From Chrysomallon squamiferum (Eukaryota > Animalia > Mollusca), in the NCBI GenBank assembly GCA_012295275.1, contig CM022674.1, positions 7,998,001 to 8,062,000 of the forward strand: a stretch of DNA of 64,000 nt, read 5' to 3'. Below the pieces are notes generated by a model, which was not told the origin of the DNA, ran no database searches, and saw only the letters and a list, made by a program, of their open reading frames with translations. How positions within the stretch are numbered: the first letter of the stretch is position 1; every line of letters starts with the position of its first letter. Below, in pieces: positions 52,068 to 64,000 of this stretch. Both the position numbers and the translations under genes were made by a program.

Positions 52068-53498
52068 TTTAGCAAATGTGTTTTACTACTGAGAAAATCA
52101 ACTAATTCATTTTACAAATAACTTTCAGCTTTTGAAACAAACGCAGCTGTATCGCTTCCTCGAAAGAACGATAGCGTTCTCTGTATGTATAGGAAATGAC
52201 CTGTGATGTCGTTTATTTAACAAACACTGACTCGACAGTCGTACTGGGTCGGTTAGCGTGAACTATTGTTTATTTGTTAGTGTCTTCTTTCATTTTCTTA
52301 CAGCAGTAATATTACTTGAAAACTAAATGCACTGAAAGTAATAGTAACATGGAAACAAACAAACAACAACAAAAAACTAAAAGAGGAAAACAAAATTATA
52401 ATATAAGGAAATTATTGTATATTGAATAGTATGAAAAAGGTATGGATGTGTGCGTGTGTGGGCGTGCGCATCTGTGTTTATGTGCTTGTGTAAGAGTTGT
52501 ATGAGAACTCATGCGAAAACGTTTGAGTGTGTTGTGTGATTTATATATTATTATATTATAAAACATTCTATTTTGGTTTTGGTTTCATTAAAATAGTTAT
52601 TTATAACTAAACAAATATTCTGTAATAAAAATAAACTCACATTATACTCCTAGGCTGTCAGATAATAAATATTATGCTTTTATAATTAATGATTTTGGTC
52701 TGAATTCTGCAGTTCGAATATGACAGCAAACTGAATATTATGGATAAGTTTTATCTATTTTTCTTACTTACTTTCTTTTTCTTTCTTTCTTTCTTTTTAA
52801 AGTATAATTCTAATTGTGGCATGTGCTCATAGCAGAATATTTGCGTGAGATATTATAAATCGGAAGATCAACATTTCTGCAGACCTTGTGTTGTTTTCAG
52901 TACCAGTCAGTTTTGGGCCACTTTTAGTTCAAAGGACATGGTATGTGATGTTCTGTCCGAGGAAACACAAAATGTATTTATTGTTTTGATAATCAAAAAA
53001 AAGAAACTGAATATTTCTCCTATCAGAACTTATCCAATTTTCTTTACTTTTCTAAACAATATTTAATTTTTAAAAATTTTTTTTATTATTATTATTATTA
53101 ATTAATAACCAAGTAAACGTAATTAATTTCATTTATTCTTCTCGTAATTAAAAACAGTTCTTCATGATGACAAATGATACAATAATTGTTTTAAAAAGTT
53201 CAGAACAGTCAGTTGCACTTTAAGAAAGGACATCTGTAACGAAATGTTTTCTCTGCCTGTCCACGTCCTAATTTTGGTGATTAGTTAGTTGCAAAGTCAT
53301 TACAGTTAATTTTATCTTGAGCCTATAGCTTAGTATGTTTTAGAGATTAGTCAGTATACTTGTCAGACTACACAAACAAAAGATAACTAAATAAAAATAT
53401 TTTAATAGATAAGAGATGTCATCATGTAATATGTGATACAGCGCCAGCTAAACCAGTGTATATAATCATAATTATATAATAATCGTAAAAAAACAAAA

Positions 53499-59425
<5,927 letters not shown>

Positions 59426-60504
59426 TTGGTTAGAAAATTCGTGAAACGCATGCTAATTAATTTGATTGATGGAATGTATTCAGGTGACTTGCATGAAACA
59501 GTTTTGATTAATCCTAACTGACACTAAACGTTTGTGTGTAGAGTTAGCTTCTATTTCTTCTTATTATTAAAACCTTTTAATCGTCTTCCTTTTTAATTCA
59601 CTCAACTTTTATTTTTCTCGTTTTCGTACTTTGTTTCTTTATTATTATTATTATTATATTTATTATTATTATTAATTTATTAAGATTAAAAAAGAAACTT
59701 TTTTATATTGGATTTGTAAGAATTTGTTAGAAAAATAATGTTTTGAAGAATAGACATTTTTTTCAGATAGAATAACGACTTGAAATATATTTGTTTCACT
59801 AGAACAGTTTTAATTTATGTTATTGAAATAATATCAATATACTGGTGTTTGACAAGTAACACAAATGCCATTTCTTACAACAACAACACAAGAAAAGAAA
59901 AGGTATCAGTAGTTCTTGAAACAAAATAATAAGCACATAAATTAGTTTCATGTCAAGTTCGTACGTTCAGATCCTCTGTGAAGCTTCAAAAAAAAAGAAC
60001 GAAAAGTATCGCATAGCTATATCCATGACGATATCTCCATCGTCGATTTCAGTGACCACTCGCAGTAGATGCTAAAAGAAAAAATTCAAAACTATTCTGT
60101 AATAATAATAATAATGATAATAATGATAATAACAATAATAATGATGATGATGATGACGATAAATTAAAAAGAGAGACAAAAGAAGAAGAAAATGAACACT
60201 TAATTTGTAGCTTGTATTAAAATTTTATTTCATTATTTGATCTTAAATTGTCAGTATATTGGATGTCTCTTGAGAGACAATTTGAACATGATGATTTTTC
60301 ATGTTATCTACTCCTCTGTTATATAATATGAATATGCCTCTGTTACATAATATGAATATGACAATCATTATTTTGTTGTTGTTGTACTTTAATTTTAATT
60401 AATTTTTGACACGAGAGATAACTCCAGTCTTCAAATTTATACTATTAATTCTTAATAAGTTTAAAGACTGGCGTTATCTCCCGTGTTGTTCATGCGCAGT
60501 AGGT

Positions 60505-60526
60505 GTAGCAACCGTACTGTAAACAA
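60505..60526 (+). promoter_or_regulatory. RFX half X-box (TAGCAAC) plus forkhead/FOXJ1-type site (GTAAACAA) upstream of ZMYND12
   Basis: Both motifs lie about 110-130 nt upstream of the ATG of a motile-cilia gene. Motif match only. Confidence 0.55.
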
Positions 60527-60637
60527 TGAACTTTGAAATAACGTTTTGATACATTATCATATTCTGTATATTCAAAATCAGTAACTCAACATTTACTGGG
60601 TTGAAATATTTCTTTTACATTTTAGTTATATTATAAA

Positions 60638-60747
60638 ATGACGTTAAATCCTCTAGCTAATCCAAAAGGCGTAAAGTTATTATGCGAACTATGTCAAAAA
60701 CCTGCATTCATTCAATGCACTCAGTGCCGAGTAACTTATTATTGGTA

Positions 60748-60795
<48 letters not shown>

Positions 60796-63156
60796 GTCAT
60801 TTTCTTCTGGTTATCATTAACACCAACAAACGACAATTTGATATATCAAGTAATTCATTATGATTATCGTTTTATCGAAAGCACGTAAACTAAAACTTCA
60901 TGTTGAACTTTGTTTCTAATATAATTTTAGTGGTGTTGAACATCAGAAGGCCGACTGGTTGGGCATTCATGAAAAAATATGTCAAAGTTTGATTCCTCTA
61001 AGACAGGCCTTGAATTTTCTTCCCTCAGAAGAAGAAAGACAGAAAAGGGAAGATGAATTATTGATGAAAAAGGTATTTAACTTTTTAAAAAGTAAATAAA
61101 TAAATAAAAGTTGTCATTAAATCTTTATTATTATTTTTTTAATTTTGATTTGGTTTATAAAGAAAAGGTAAACTGAAGGTCAGACTATATATTTACAAGT
61201 TTATAGTTGCAGCATTTTGAGAACTGATTCAGATATGCAGTAATATGTTGTTTTCGCTCACAAACTTTTATCTTTAGTAATTTGTCAGTTTATTGAACTA
61301 GAACATTTCATAAACAGAAAAATAAATAATCTATGGATACAGTGAACTTGTAATATAAAGAGTTTAATACAAAGAACTTATTAATTATATATTAATATAA
61401 AAATTCAACATAATCACTTGAATTAAAAGTATTTTGTTTTTTCTTGTGTAATATTATAAATGATAGATAATTAATTTAGTATATTAATTAAAAATATATA
61501 TATAACTAAATATGTACCCTTGTTTTCTGATTTTAAGCTACTACTGATTTTATATGTTATAAATAAAAATAAAAATAAAACTAGATATTTCTTATTGGTT
61601 TGTGTCAGCCCATGTATAACAGATCTTACTGGTATGTGTCATCCATTATCCAGTAACAAATTAAAATTCAACATGTCTGTTTCAGCGTCACATGATAGAC
61701 TTGACAAGGACAACTGGACAAAAGTTGTTGTTTGAAGGAAAACATGAGCAGGCTGTCCCAGCAGCCATGCAGTCGTTACGATTTTCAATTGATGTCCACG
61801 GACTGACTAGCATCGAACTTGTTCCATCCTACCTCATCCTTGGTGAAGCCAGTATAGGTAAGTGTATTAACTAATTTAATAATAATAATAATGATAATAA
61901 TGATAATAACAATGTTTTATTTTATGATGTGTTTTAGCAGTTTGTTAAAACTGTTCCTCTAGATGATTGATTATGTGATGTATGTGTGTGTGTGTTTACA
62001 GCCATTTTTTTTGGTTTAAAGTATCAGTTGTATATTTATGTAAAGTTATTTTTAAAAGCTTTTATTAAAAGTTTTATGTTACAGCTACGTCTACACATCA
62101 TTAGATTTATCTGTTTTATATATATGCTGACTTTACTATATTAACATGAGATATTAACTTACTCTCTTGTAAATAAGACATTTATTATTAATTTAACTGA
62201 ATTTATTTTGTTTTAGAATTAGGCAGACTGTCACAGATAAAGGAGGCTCTAACTGATCATTCTTGGTGTTGTTCCTTTAGAATTTCAGATACAGGATAGC
62301 TAAACTAAACATAATAATCATTAGATATATGCTAATGTTACAGAATTAGCTGGATAAATGAAGTTTTTCCCAGTGACATTGTTGTTTTTTGTTATTATTG
62401 TGTGTATTAATTTATTTGATCTGAGGACTAGGTAGACTGTCGCAAGCAGAGGAGTATTTGGCGCAGGCTCAGTGGACTGTACTGAAAACTCCCGAGTGTT
62501 CTAATGCAATCAAGTCCAAACTGTATCGTAACCTCGGACTGCTCTACGCTGCTAAAGCTGATTATGAAGAATCACTGAGACAGCTTGCTGATGATGTAAG
62601 TGCTTGATTAGTATACGGGCAGGATGATTAGGTCAGTGACAGGATTTGATTAGTGTAATACAGGGGAAACAATCTGACAGTATTTTTAATAATGTAATAA
62701 ATAATTGTAGTGTTCTCTATCCCAGTTTAACCAGAATAAAATATCAAAATAATTCCAACATAACCATATAAATTTAAAAAGAGAAGTCTAATGAAAAGTA
62801 GGCGAAGAAGTTAGAATTTACCAGGAAAGTACTTGGTTGTTGTTATTTTATTTTATTTCAGATCTTAGAATTAAATAGCTTATTTAATATAAATAAGGAA
62901 TTATTGTAGAAACAAAAAGTCATTTAATTTTGTTTTGGTTTTTACAGATTTACCATGCCTCTGAGGAGTTTGGAACTGATGACATACGCACATCAGGTGG
63001 TTATTTTCACATGGCAAATGTCTTCTTCAGGCAGGGTAAAATGGACATTGCAGATTCACTGTACAGACAGGTATGTTAGTGTGTAGCCCTATAGCAATGT
63101 GTGGTGTACTTATGTCTGTGTATTTACTTGAGAAACGGACACTGTGATGTATATTT

Positions 63157-63203
<47 letters not shown>

Positions 63204-63702
63204 ACTCAGTATGTTTAAGTGGATGACTCACTGAGTGTGAGTAAGTGACTGAGTGAGTAATCAACTGATTGATTGATAGTTCACAAATTGTATAGTGAAT
63301 GTATTTAAGATATTGTGTATTCACTTAAATAGATATGTGTGTTTGTATGTTTACTTGAAGGACAGCTGTAATGTTAGACTAATACAGGTAACTGAAAATG
63401 TAAGTTAATTGGCTCAGTTGTTGAAAACATTTGTTCCTCATTTGTTCTGTCAGTGGGAGACAAAGGCTTATGTTTATCTGCTTTGAACTGAAACACCTAG
63501 TCATCATTTACATTACTGCTGGAGCTGCAGTTTGACCTTGACCTCTGCCCACTGTTTTGTTTGTTTTTATACCTGCAGGTCACTGATATCTGGTACAGAC
63601 ATCTGCAGAGAATTGTCTTGTCAAGAACCAAAACTCCAGAGACACCAAAGGGTGTTGGCCCAGGAGCTGTAGAAATTGTGTTTGAAGAAGAAGATAGTTT
63701 AG
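60638..63702 (+). CDS. ZMYND12: Zinc finger MYND domain-containing protein 12; 3' part lies beyond the window
   Basis: Exons 60638-60744, 60931-61072, 61686-61857, 62426(or 62432)-62595, 62948-63070, 63579-63702. MTLNPLANPKGVKLLCELCQKPAFIQCTQCRVTYYCGVEHQKADWLGIHEKICQ (MYND), FEGKHEQAVPAAMQSLRF, ELVPSYLILGEASIGLGRLSQAEEYLAQAQWTVLK, GGYFHMANVF. Confidence 0.94.
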
Positions 63703-63716
63703 GTAGATTTAGTATA

Positions 63717-63747
<31 letters not shown>

Positions 63748-63887
63748 TTCTTTTTAAAAATGAAACAAATAATAGCTTTTTTTGCTTCTTTTAAAAAAAT
63801 TATGTCAAACATTTTACTTTTTACAGATTGTTGGTGTTATTCTGATACAGAATAATATGTATGCATTTATCTGTGTGTGTGTGTGTG

Positions 63888-63946
<59 letters not shown>

Positions 63947-64000
63947 TTAAAAAGATAAGTGTACCAAAATTACTTTTGTTAAATTATCTTTTCTGTTACA

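Overview
AT-rich, microsatellite-rich animal genomic DNA with spliceosomal GT-AG introns. The gene content fits a lophotrochozoan, probably a mollusc (inference). I built the gene models by hand from splice sites and reading phase. Left to right: (1) the 3' part of a GH9 endo-1,4-beta-glucanase (+), with one intron filled by a ~16.4 kb 24-bp satellite that contains a 200-N gap; (2) a complete 4-exon AA15-type lytic polysaccharide monooxygenase with a C-terminal 6-Cys module (-), convergent with the cellulase; (3) a 13-exon 6-phosphogluconate dehydrogenase (+); (4) an atypical protein kinase C (-); (5) a probable small orphan spliced gene (-); (6) an 11-exon SLC17/sialin-like transporter (+); (7) the 5' part of ZMYND12 (+). 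Most notable: aPKC carries two intact 88-nt copies of the activation-loop exon (candidate mutually exclusive exons), a 15-nt hinge microexon, a Glu-to-Val change in the hydrophobic motif and a damaged subdomain-XI exon. The LPMO has Arg-Pro directly before His1, possibly a dipeptidyl-peptidase-removable pro-piece. Duplicated splice boundaries occur in several genes. Nearly all long ORFs in the supplied track between 2 and 18 kb are satellite artefacts.
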